This document shows, in pieces, positions 28,601-42,322 of a stretch of DNA of 64,000 nucleotides. Origin of the DNA: the human T2T-CHM13v2.0 reference genome, Homo sapiens; NCBI RefSeq assembly GCF_009914755.1, contig NC_060944.1. One strand, written 5' to 3'. The notes beneath the pieces were generated by a model. The model worked only from the letters and a program-made list of their open reading frames with translations, did no database searches and was not told the DNA's origin. The position numbers and the translations under genes are program-made. Each line of letters opens with the position of its first letter. Position 1 is the first letter of the stretch.

Positions 28601-31305
28601 ATGTCAGTTGAGACATTTCTAAGTTTATGTGAAACTGAGGGGAAACCCATTCTTCACATGCATTGGTATATCCGAAGTATTCCTGTAATGTAAACAACAG
28701 CTACAATAATGTCATGTACAATACATTTGGCCAAATACCTGACTGTACACTAAGGCCTGAACTAAATAGAACAAAATCTTGAATTCTTACATAAATGCCA
28801 AAGTACAATGAACATTCAAGAGGCATTAACCAGGCCACACAAATATCTGAAAGGAAAACCTGGGGAGATGGCACAGAGAACAGTCATGTGGAATAGGATC
28901 CTGGGTGGAGAGTTCAGAGTAAACCTGGGACTGTTTCAAATAGCCAAGGAATCTAGACAGGAGGGGTGAATTAGAAAAACCAACCAAGGCCTTACTTAAT
29001 TAGCACAATCCCACTGTGGTTACACATGAGCAACAAGTGTGAGCATCACTCTGAATACTCAATTAACTGATTTTCTGAGCTGGAAATTGAGAGGAAAAAA
29101 ACTACCTAACTCCATTTCTGCCCGTCAAAAAAAAAAAAAAAAAAAAAAGAGAGGAGAGAACAGTGGCAGCACTAATAGGAACTGGGCTATTAGGGAAAAG
29201 TGACTTAAATAAAGGTACATTAAAGCAGACAAGGTGGTGGTCAATCTGAAAACCTGACACACAAGGCACGAGGAACTCATAGCGTAAGCATCTCATTGCC
29301 CCATTCCTTTTACTGTAAGGAGTGCTAAAGTAAAGTTGTCATAACACTGGATTACCCAAAGCACGGAATGCCAAGTGAAGATTACAATTAAGAAGATGAG
29401 GTATTTCACTCCAAATTTCCCTTTGGGTCCCTTTCTTCAAAATAAAAAGTTCAAGACTAAAAACTTATGTACTTAACCTCTAAAACTTGAAAATCTGGTC
29501 AATCAGCTATAAAATGACTAAATATATTCACTAAAAGCACATGGATTACTTAAGTTTCAAGTACTCCCTTTTTCCTTAAGCACTGTATATTTATAATTCT
29601 GAAAGCCAGAGGGAGCCTATTACAATGGCTTTCCTCCAAAAAATTAAGCTCAAGTAGTCACCAGAAGTTGATTTTAACCTCAACTATTAGTAAGATCAAA
29701 ACAGATACTTTTGAGTCCTCACATCTCAACCTAAGTATTTTTCTTCCACATGAATTCTTGATAACTCCTATGAAATATCTGCTTGTCTGGCTTAATTTTC
29801 ACATGTCCATTTGTGAGATCTCTGCAAACAAAGATAAAGCTTCAAGGTCTGCGACTTCATTTGATCATAACTGACTCCAGCTTTGGCGTATTTTCTGATA
29901 AGAGCTTCCTTCCTTCTGCTAAGTTAACACTGGCAAATACAGCCTTTAAAAATACCTCAAATCATTAACTGAGATGTGATTGCAGAGGCTATACCAACGA
30001 CTCTACTGATCTTAGGCTTATCTGTCAAGGTCAGGCAGGCCCAAGAACAGGAATAAACAGAGCCAGGCCTAAGAAGTAGCCATGGTCTCTGGAGGAGACA
30101 TAGGACAGCTCACAGGACAGGTCTAAGGTGCCTTTCCCAGAGCTCAAAAACTGCCACATTTCCTAAGATTCCATTTCCTAAAGTCACAAACCCTGACTTC
30201 TAGCACTGCTCAAATGAATATGCTGACAGTTCCATTTTCGCTCACAAGCCCAGCAAACTCAGTGAGCCTGTGAGCTCCACATGGGATACCCTTGGAATTC
30301 GAATAGGAGGACCCAAGGGGGATGTAATCAAGTAAATGGAGCTCATTTGTGCACCACAGTTAAAGCTGCAATGGATGCTACCAGCTGCTTTAGCTGCTTT
30401 TCGTTCCTCTGAATAATTATCTTCTCTTTTCGTCCCTTTCCCCATGTAGAGGTAATACCCCCGACTATACCTGTCTTCCTTTCTGGTTAGTATAGAAACA
30501 TATTTTTTGTTTCAGAATGTGATGAAGACAAAAAGAAGAAAACCACTAGGTTATGAGTGACTGCAACCACAGCATATCAAACATCCGAGGTTCACTAGCA
30601 GCCATTTTTGCCCAGACATTTCGCCCTAGGAAGGGATTCAAGCAAAACTCCAATCACTTGACATGACAGTCCTAACCACCAAATAAGCAAATAATGCAAT
30701 GTTGTATTTGGGCCTTAAAGAACTGTCTAAAAGAGAGTATTGGCAAAACCCCTCAGCATCCAGGCCATCATTAACTCAATGTCCCCCAGGCGCAAGTTAA
30801 ATGAACTTTCTCATATTATAGCATATAACCCTCCAGATGAGACAAACATGGGTAGAAACTTGTGAAATGACTAGAGCTTCTAAGTCAGCATTTGTACTCT
30901 CACTCGGGAAGCATCAAGTGTGACCAAAAGTTCAGCATTCCTTCTGCTTAGTCAACAAACCCACTCCACAGTGCTACAGAACTTGCTAAATAATTGCCAG
31001 GCTCCACTCTTCCCCTCTCACTTGCCTCTGCCTCCATCCCCCCTTAAGCTTGAAGGGCTCAGAGTACTCCTTAGCCCTGCTGGCCAACACTTGAGTCTCT
31101 GACTTAGGCCACAGATGTTACAATGCTTACAGTGGCCGTTTACAACAGTTAACAAAGCAGGCTTTAGAACCAAGTCCAGCCTTGGGCATGCCGGACCTTT
31201 ACCATGCAAAGTTTTACCTCTTTTCCAGATCCCTTAGGTCACTTGTAAGAATCAAATTGAAAATATACCTACTCTCAAATAATTTAAGTTTTAAAACTGA
31301 CTTCT

Positions 31306-31915
<610 letters not shown>

Positions 31916-33278
31916 CTACACATAAAAAACAAACCCAACAACCCAGCCTGAGCAAAACGGTGAGACCTCATCTCTATTTCAGAATTTTTAAAAAATTTTT
32001 AAAAACCTGACTTTTGTAGATTTCCCTTGAAACTACTGGATCACGTATCCAAAGTTTTAGGTAAAGTTTCAGTTCATGATGTACTTCCCTACCAGGTCAA
32101 TCCTTACAATACGGATTATAATCAGCCTTCACGGTAAACAAGCACGGCTTCATTTGGAAAGCACATTTTCAACTGTTTTAAAAAATCGCAGTGCTTTTGG
32201 TAAGAGAGCCAAGGCACTTCTCTAAAAGGAGAAAAGTAGTTACGGAATCCCTGTGCATTTCCTCACCTATTCATCAGCTTCCCAGCTGGGGCACATCAGA
32301 CACTGGCTGCAGGACAACCCTGCAGCTGTTGAGCTCCTGCCCACCAGTCTTCATAAACTCACTTTTGGTCCAAATTTCACTTACGACTCTACCAGCAAAG
32401 CTGCCTCTTCAAAAGGTTTAATGGCTTACAGAGGGCAAAGGGCACCTGGATGACTGAACAACACAAAAGGCAAGATTCTAAAACTCAGAACCCACCAGGA
32501 GAACAGAAAAAATACAGTTTTTTCTAAGTGGTTATGGTGACTGCAGACTCAGTGCCAAAATGAAAAAGACACAGTCCAAAGAAGTGAAACTCCACAATCT
32601 CTGATCTGTTAGATTGGGGCTAGTTGAACAGTCATTTAAATCTAATAGTCATTTGTATACAATGTAAGACATGGATACAATATGCAGTGCTAGCCTGTAT
32701 TTTCCTATTTGAATATCCCACATAAACTACAGATAGGATAAAAAAGACACATATCTATTTAAATGACTTCCTAGTTTCCATTCCAAAAGCAGAAGATATG
32801 TACTTAAGCAGCACATGCTACAGTGTCTTCTCTTTCAAACTATCTGTTCCTAGCCTCTAGGGATTTTGTTTTGTTATGCTTCATTCCACTGCCTAAGAAA
32901 CTAAGATTTTGCCAGCAAGAGGGCCAATATGACAAATCATCGATGATTCTTAGCATGGAGCCAAGAAGCCTGCCTCCTTGATCAGATTTTCAGCTGGAAA
33001 GATATCCACACCTTGCCTAGTCCAATATTTGTTAAGTGAGAATATAAAATTCAAAGATGTTCTGTCACACTCTAGATTTGTATTAATGTCCACAAACATT
33101 AAAGATTCACATGATACATATTTAGGAAACATATGCTACTTTGTTACTGTTTGAACTCTCAGGAAACAATGTTCCCATTGGTGCTCCGAATTGTTACTAT
33201 TCTCTGCCATCCTGAAGATAACTAATACGTACCTATCTGTGTTCAATCTCAGCTTTAGATTATGGCACTGGTTTGTGA

Positions 33279-33623
<345 letters not shown>

Positions 33624-33830
33624 CAACTCTGCTTTTACAGGTATTGGCTCTCATTCCCTAGCCATTGGTTCTCCCCTTCCTGTAATTCAGGCCTGCAATA
33701 TAATTTCTTAGTCCCCCAAGGAAAACAGAACTAAAGACTTCTAACAGAAGATCTCAGTCTACTAACATAGCTAATAGCTATTAAAGCTACTCAGGCATCG
33801 GCTTAATAAAAAACTAAAGGGCTGCAGCAA

Positions 33831-34067
33831 GTGATCAGATTTTCACCACTCATCTTTGTGAGATGGGTCTCAGAGGGCCCCGTCCCTGCTGACACCAACC
33901 ATTCTTACCGGTAGCCTGCCAACACACAAGCAGTTCACAGTAGAACACTGCAGACTGCAGGGCATTTTCTGGCTACATAGCCTCAAGTTCCTAGAACAGG
34001 AACTGAGGCTTGGAAGAAGGTCAGTGCAGCGCACTCAGCGAATGGATAAACTGAATCATCATTTCAC
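33831..34067 (-). ncRNA. SNORD17: Box C/D snoRNA SNORD17 (HBI-43), guide for 28S rRNA 2'-O-methylation (U3797, old numbering)
   Basis: C box ATGATGA 34056-34062; D box CTGA 33835-33838; GTGA/TCAC terminal stem; D' guide GTTTATCCATTCG-CTGA complementary to 28S UGAAUGGAUGAAC with two G-U pairs; 237 nt; same strand as the SNX5 host. Confidence 0.95.
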
Positions 34068-34319
34068 AAGGCTGCAAGCCCATGTACTAATGGAATCAAC
34101 ATGGAACCAGAGTTAAATTACTGCCTTAAATATCTAATGCATGTCAAGAAATCCATCTAATTACTAAGTACCGAAATTATAATACTTTCAAATGAATTCA
34201 CAAAGCAAAACAGCTGAACTAATGATCTGTAAGGATCTCCTGGCAGATAAATCCTACTGGGAATCAATACACCACTGCTACCAAGAAAGCAGGTCCAACA
34301 AATGAATAAAAGAAACCCA

Positions 34320-34610
34320 GCCAGGCAGAGAGGTTCTTGTCTGTAATCCCAGCACTTTGGGAGGCTGAGGCAGGAGGATCGCCCGCGGCCAGGAGTTTGA
34401 GACAAGCCTGGGCAACACAGCAAAGCCTTAAAAAAAATCACCTAGGCTCGGTGGCCTATGCCTTTACTCCTAACACTCTGGGAGGCTGAGGTGGGAAGAT
34501 CACTTGAGCTCAGGATTTTGAGTCTGCAGTGAACTACGATCAGACCACTGAACTCGAGCCTGGGAGCAGGCTGAGACCCTGAGACCCTGTCTCAAAAAGT
34601 AAAAAACAGA
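34320..34610 (+). mobile_element. AluJ
   Basis: Diverged dimeric Alu. Confidence 0.8.
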
Positions 34611-36294
34611 AATGCCAGTTTCCTTTACTCAGAGCTAAAAGCCTTCACCTACTACCCAATCCCATCATGGCTCCCTCCCAAAAGTTCACTGGCATACCAT
34701 ATCAAGTCAGCAAGCCCCCTTTTTTGTAGCAGGGTCTCACTCTGTTGCCAAGGCTGGAACAAGCCCTCTTCAACAAAGCTAAGATGGTCCATATTACTCA
34801 TGTGGATGAGGGTGTTGAAGGACATTTACTGCCTTCCTTCATGGTCTCACTTCATGATCAAACCAAGATGCACAGGAAATAGGTTTGACAATTTACCTTT
34901 ACCAAGAAAGACGATTCAGCAACAGTGGTAGAGCTGCCTGTTTGAACTTAACCTTGGTCATCGCAGTTTGAAATACAAATGGCAGCATGGAGAGCAGGCT
35001 GCCCGCTTTTTGGTTGGACATTTCTTTCACTCTGAGTTTGAGGTACAGCAAATTTCCCAAATCATTCAGATGTAAATATTCCAATACTCAGACCAGGGGC
35101 CCATTCAGGAGGCTGAGTGCAGGAAGATGGCCTGAGCTCAGGAGTTCGATACCAGCTTGGGCAACACAGCAAGACTGTCTTGAGAAAAAGAATTCTAAAC
35201 AAAATAAATACAAGAATTCAAAACAAAATTCATGAAAGATATAGGAAGGGTGAGGGAAGAAGTCCAACATTTTATCACCCACCAGCTACCAAGTATCTAA
35301 CAGCACAATGTCCTAGCTCTGCGGTGCTCTTGAAAGAAAAAGTGAAAACCCTGCCAAGGGAGCCATCTGGAATTGTATTCCTCACCATTTACCATGACTA
35401 GAATGCTTAGGAGTGTGCCCTTCAGAAACTGAGCTTTTCAGGCAGAAAATTATAGTTTTCTCTCCAGACCATATAGGAATGCCTAAAAAAGTTATGCCAA
35501 AATGTAAAAAGAAGAGTCAAGCCAAGGACCCCCATTTTTAAACTGAAGTGTTGGCTGCCCCTCAAACTGCAACTTACTCCTCCTGGGGTACTATGGTTTG
35601 CATTTAGGCAGCATGTGAAGGTGTGAAGATCTCTTTTAGGAGATCTTGTCAGAGTACCTCAATGGCCAATCAGAAAACAGGTATTAAGGGTGAAGAAGCC
35701 ACTTTTTGGAAAGTTAGATCACGCAGAGAAACTTAATTTACACTTTAATAGCCGTTTCTCACTATTGGGATCATTAAAAGTTAGACTGTTTCCTTAAATA
35801 CTATTTAACTTCACTACACACTGTTGTGACCACGGGCTATTTAAGACATTCAGGGTACTAACCTATAGATCTGTTCTCACCTAATTTGCTCGAGCATCAA
35901 GACCCTGATAATAAAGACAGAAAAATGCTGAAACAGCAGAATTTTAAACCAAGTTCCCCTCTGCAGCACAAGAAACTCAGGTAAGTTTCCAGTGTCCAAA
36001 GCCTACACTCACAAACACAAACACGAAGCCCTCCCTTTGCAACCCTCAAGTACCCAGAACCTGCTGAAGAAAACCATCTTTCACCACCTTTTGTTAAGGT
36101 TCCTCAGTATTAGTGGAAAAGCTTTATTCTCATAAAGATATCCAACAATGCTAATTTTTACATGGCATGTTATTTCCTTAGGCAAGATTAATAGAAAACC
36201 TGAAAAATTCGCAACAAGCACACAAAGACTAGCTTCTGTAACACAACCTGACCCCACCCATATCACACCATTTTAGAAGGAAGTCCGTTTAAAC

Positions 36295-36465
36295 CAGTGA
36301 TTCTCAAACAGGCAATTTTGACTTCTTATCACCATGGGAGGGGAGGAGGCCGCGTCCTAGCAGAGGCCAAAAACAGTTGCTTCACATCCTACAACCCAGA
36401 GGGCACTCCTCAACAAAAGTGATCAGGCTAAAATGTCAACAGTGCTCCCCAGGTTGAGAAACTGA
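36295..36465 (+). mobile_element. MER20-type hAT fragment
   Basis: CAGTGATTCTCAA...TTGAGAAACTG terminal inverted repeats. Confidence 0.6.
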
Positions 36466-36558
36466 ATTTTAAACTCAACCTCTAGTTTAGATGACCACTA
36501 GGTCTCACCGAATGAGGAGTTTACAGCTCAGAAACAAATCTAGAAAACTTAACAGCCT

Positions 36559-37654
<1,096 letters not shown>

Positions 37655-39497
37655 CTACCAGACACGACTGACACAGTATTCCCTTTCAGTTTTGCTGAAT
37701 TGGCCAAAATGAGTATTGGGCTAGAATTCAAAATCCTGAAGAATCAAGTATGTCCCCCTACCTTAGTGAGTCTTAATTAACTCCATCCTTAGGGGGAATT
37801 CCAAACCAAAGTAAATTATCAGGAGGGCATTTAAACAATTTAAGTAACACACATTTCAGGTAACACACAAAACATTTCAGTTGACTACCGAAATTGTATT
37901 ATGGCAAGAAGTTGCCCAAGACTTAGTTTCCCATTATTTCATACTTGCCCCAAACTCCCTTTCAGTTAACCATAACACCATCTAGGCCAGACCACAGCAG
38001 GTTATCAGCATCAGCAGAGATCAGAAAACAAAAATAAAGCCACGCGTCAGGGTAATTATTTATTTTTATTGTCTCTTTATTCCTGTAATGTAAAAAGGAA
38101 AACAATGTCATGTAACTCTCTTCACTACAGATACGGACAGTTTCTGTAGCCTCTAAAACAGGCAGGAAATGGCCTTCATAACCATTCTCCAATTTTGCTG
38201 GAGGATCAGGGTGGTGGAAGTCATTTTAAAAACCAGCTGCAATATACTGTACTACCAGAGAGTGGGGTGAAGCAATTGAGTCCTTTTACCTAGCTGACTC
38301 CGAATCAAGACAGCTAAAAGAATGTACCAGAAAGAAAGAAAAAATAAAATGCTACCAAAATCCCAATCCATTATCTACCCTTTATGGAGAAAAGTACCTT
38401 TATAATGTTTTACAAAGAATCGTGGTCTCAAGTTTCCACTTTGTTTTAGTAATAAAGAACTTTCAAAAAAAAAAAACCACTCTAAACAACACCCTCCTGT
38501 ATAGAAAGCTCTATTTTAATAATTAATGCAATGATACCCTTGTTGGAACAATCCAGCCGCTCTGAAACTCTGGTATTTACTTACTAGATGAACAAGTTTC
38601 TCTATGGAGGTGCCTTTAACTTCTCAAGAAATGTGTAAGTTAAGACGGCTACAAATTACATTTTAAGAGAGCCTTGTATTTTTAGAGGTTCTTTTTCATC
38701 GGTCAGAAAAACTTACGTTGACGATTCTGCAAGAAAGGTTGCTCGCAAACCATGCATCGCAAAGCTACCGAGGCAAATTTAAAGAACCAATGAAAAAGAG
38801 TGGAGGCTCGTCTGAATCTTTAATTGGCTATGGGAATTTCAATTTATTGCATAAATAATCTTTTAGACCTCAAGATACACGTGACCTAGGGACAGTTTAC
38901 ATCAATGGGCAAGACTTAAAAATAGACACCAAGTTCAGCAAGTATTTGAGCACCTACTAAAAATTACACAACTCCCACAACAACGCATTTTGCGTTTCTA
39001 AAGTTGTAAGCAGCATGTTCGGACGCTTGATGCAATTTCCCAAGTTGTTTGGGCCCCCCCCCCAAAAAAGTCTTCTCAGTAAAAGGTGGGGGGAAGGAGG
39101 GTATTTTGGGGGCAACAAACCAAACTGGTCTGTCGCATGTTAAGTCAATTTCACGTTCACCTACTGGTCACCACGAAGCCGAGGAAAGTTTTAAAAAGAA
39201 CATTCCGGGGTCTCCAGAGATCATCTCTCCAAGTCCGCTCGGCACCGGCGCCTGAGCTGGGGCTAAGGTCCCGCGTCTCTGGTTCTGTCCTAATAGAATC
39301 CGGGACATCCACAGGGATTCCCCGGGGCAGCCTTCAGTGAAGACCAGGGAGAGGGGCCGCCCGGGTCTCACGGATGCTTCCCGCGCTGGGGATGGCGGCG
39401 AGCAGCCACGGCCTATGGACGCGCAAGGGAAAGAATGCAGCGACCCCGGAGCTCGCAGGGCCGCCCGCCCAGGAGTCTGAGGCTGGGAGGACCTCAC

Positions 39498-39548
39498 CTT
39501 GCTGCGGTCCTCCTCCTGCTGCTGCAGCAACTCGGGAACCGCGGCCAT
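39498..39548 (-). CDS. SNX5: SNX5 coding exon 1 (MAAVPELLQQQEEDRSK)
   Basis: ATG in GCCATGG Kozak context at 39546-39548; AAG|GTGAGG donor; recognised SNX5 N-terminus. Confidence 0.97.
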
Positions 39549-39822
39549 GGCGACGCGGGACTCGAGCAGGGGCCGCCTGGCTGTGCGAGGAAAGAAGAAG
39601 CTGGGCCGCCGCCGCCGCCGCCTGGGCGCCTCTCGGGGGCGGCCACGGCCCCGCCTCCGCCGGCCTCCCTGCCCGACGGCGGCAGGAGGCCTCCGGACTC
39701 CGCCACCATCCCAGCTGCCCCGGGAGCAGGCGAGCAGGGCGCCACGTGCTCCCCCAGAGCAGCCTCCCAGTCCCCGCTGCCGTCCATCTTGGAGCCGGGC
39801 AAAGACGCCACGTGGGGCCTAC

Positions 39823-39900
39823 CCTTGCTCCGCTCCACGAGGAGGCCGCCAACCGCAGGGCCGCGACACGGACGGGAAGCAACGGACACTCTCCCAGCAA
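39823..39900 (-). other. SNX5: Probable upstream non-coding first exon of SNX5 (5' end approximate), spliced across a 242-nt 5'-UTR intron (39581-39822)
   Basis: Donor AGG|GTAGGC at 39822; pyrimidine tract CTTCTTCTTTCCTCGCACAG acceptor at 39581-39583 just upstream of the ATG. Confidence 0.55.
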
Positions 39901-40169
39901 GACGCGTCTAGAGAAAGACCGCGTTTCGGTGTGGGGGGAATTTATTACTCAGCCCGAGTCCAAGATGGCAGCGAGCGCTGACGTCACCAGATCTCGTGAG
40001 AGCAGAAGGGCGCGATTTGGAGGCTCCCGCGCTTCGGAGACGCCGGCCCTTCCGCTCGGAGAGGTACTCCCTGCCTCTAACTGGTGGCGCGTTGGCGGAG
40101 GCCGACGAAAGCCTCGGGTGGGGCGTGAGCGCCGCGGGGCATTCTGGACCTGCTTTGCCTTAGGCTGTG

Positions 40170-40264
40170 CCTAATTCGAAACCAAAGCGCGGGACGGATG
40201 AAAGTACGGGTCGCGAGAGGTTGTTCGCGCCTTGAGAGTTAAGCGAAGTGTGGTGGCTTCCAAG
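40170..40264 (+). other. MGME1: MGME1 non-coding first exon (start approximate)
   Basis: AAG|GTACCG donor at 40264/40265 within the CpG island; next acceptor TTTTCTCTCCAATAG ends at 40923. Confidence 0.7.
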
Positions 40265-40982
40265 GTACCGACACTTGCCGTAGGCTGGGCTTTTATTTAA
40301 GTCGTCTTTTCTCTAATCCAGACTCCTGCCACAGGGGCCACCGCCGTCCTGGCCCCGCCAGGGGTCCGCACCCACGGCGGAGCGGGAGGCGACTTTTTGC
40401 GGTCACAGTAATGGGACCTCAGCGCCGCCACCAGCTCTGACCGGCGAGCGACGGGACCCTCCAACCCGATTTCCACGTCTGTGCAACGGGTTCATTCTAG
40501 ACCCACGGTAGAGGGTGTGAGGACCAAATGAGAAGTATCCACACAGAATACTTAGCAGAGAGCCTGGTGTCTAGGAATTAGTCGTCGTCTGTCACCTAGG
40601 ACTGTGTGGCCGCCATGGGACGGGCTCCATCTTTGTGTTTTTCCGTGTCTCGCACACGCCTCCCTTCCTGGGCGTCACATTCCTGCAGATTAGAAACTGG
40701 GACGTCTTGCCTCAAGCTGTCTACTAATTCGCATTTAGTATGTGTCGGTCCTTCGGGTATTGAGTCTTGATTTATTTATAAATTTTTTTTGGAGGCAGGG
40801 TCTCGCTCTGTCGACTTTCTTAAGAAAGGGCTCTGTCCAAACATGTCGAAAAAGTTCACAATTTTGATGTGCAATATCATTCTGATGCAGCTTTCGCTTT
40901 GATGGTTGTTTTCTCTCCAATAGGAATACAAACATAAAGGCCTTCGACCGTTGCAAATAGACTAAAGTGAAAACAAATCTGA

Positions 40983-41493
40983 ATGAAGATGAAGTTATTT
41001 CAGACCATTTGCAGGCAGCTCAGGAGTTCAAAGTTTTCTGTGGAATCAGCTGCCCTTGTGGCTTTCTCTACTTCCTCTTACTCATGTGGCCGGAAGAAAA
41101 AAGTGAACCCATATGAAGAAGTGGACCAAGAAAAATACTCTAATTTAGTTCAGTCTGTCTTGTCATCCAGAGGCGTCGCCCAGACCCCGGGATCGGTGGA
41201 GGAAGATGCTTTGCTCTGTGGACCCGTGAGCAAGCATAAGCTGCCAAACCAAGGTGAGGACAGACGAGTGCCACAAAACTGGTTTCCTATCTTCAATCCA
41301 GAGAGAAGTGATAAACCAAATGCAAGTGATCCTTCAGTTCCTTTGAAAATCCCCTTGCAAAGGAATGTGATACCAAGTGTGACCCGAGTCCTTCAGCAGA
41401 CCATGACAAAACAACAGGTTTTCTTGTTGGAGAGGTGGAAACAGCGGATGATTCTGGAACTGGGAGAAGATGGCTTTAAAGAATACACTTCAA
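40983..41493 (+). CDS. MGME1: MGME1 first coding exon (exon starts at 40924): mitochondrial presequence and N-terminal region
   Basis: ORF 40983.. MKMKLFQTICRQLRSSKF...GFKEYTS; donor A|GTAATT at 41494. Confidence 0.97.
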
Positions 41494-42259
41494 GTAATTA
41501 TCTCAATTCTGATTCTATATGTTTGCTATGTTTTCTATAATAGAGAGCAACGGTGTCAAAAGAATGAGGTTTGGTTTTGTTTTTTTAACTTACTAGCAAG
41601 GAACTCCCTTCAGATAGTAATTAACATTAAATAGCACTTTATGTGTATTAACTCACTTGATCCTCATGGTAGTCCTGTGGAGTATAGATACTGTTATCCA
41701 CATTTTACAGATGAAACTAAAATAGATCAAATATTTGACTAAATAATACATAAAATTCACTTGTTTTATAAGCTACCAACAATATTAGAATTGCTTGTTT
41801 TCCTTGATTATTGAAAAAAGTCACCTGGTAACAGAATTCTAGTTGTTTGCTAGATAATTCTGTTTAGAATCCAGTAAATACCCACTGTCCTACTTATTAG
41901 CGTAAACTGACTCGTAAATTTAAAGACCTTGAAGCAGACCAGAACACATGACCTATATTTAGACCTTGGTAAACATAATCAGAGGTTCTTCATAAGGATC
42001 TGAGGATAAATACACTTTAACCTTCAACTTCTAATTTACTAACTTGGACAAGTGAGGAGAATAGCTTCCTTAAATTTAATATTCCATTCAAAAACAAAGA
42101 CCATTGGCACTGGTGAATTAGCTAGTCCCATAAATTATATAGGGGTCTTTTGTTAAAGGAAAGTTTCACATCAATCATTCCTTTACCCAAGCTTCCCAAA
42201 GTGCAGTACATGTACTCTTAGTAGTACACAAACTCTTTCATTTTTGTTTTAAGAATAGC

Positions 42260-42322
42260 GTACTGACCCTTGCCATAGCCTGGGCTTCTATTTAAGTCGT
42301 CTTTTCCCTAATCCAGACTCCT
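42260..42322 (+). repeat. 63-bp dispersed copy of 40265-40327 (start of MGME1 intron 1)
   Basis: 57/63 identical, ungapped. Confidence 0.95.

Larger units (their letters stand above)
39230..40480. promoter_or_regulatory. CpG island / bidirectional promoter shared by SNX5 and MGME1
   Basis: High GC and CpG density between divergent genes. Motifs: CRE TGACGTCA 39979-39986; E-boxes CACGTG 39743-39748 and 39809-39814; YY1-like CAAGATGGC 39961-39969; TCGCGAGA 40211-40218. Confidence 0.9.

Noticed and set aside
32935-32948. 14-bp perfect palindrome AATCATCGATGATT
   Set aside because: One palindrome of this length is plausible by chance in 64 kb; no supporting context
39374-40174. 266-aa plus-strand ORF across the CpG island
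   Set aside because: Stop-poor GC-rich sequence that starts upstream of plausible plus-strand TSSs; only the part from ATG 39965 is kept as a uORF candidate
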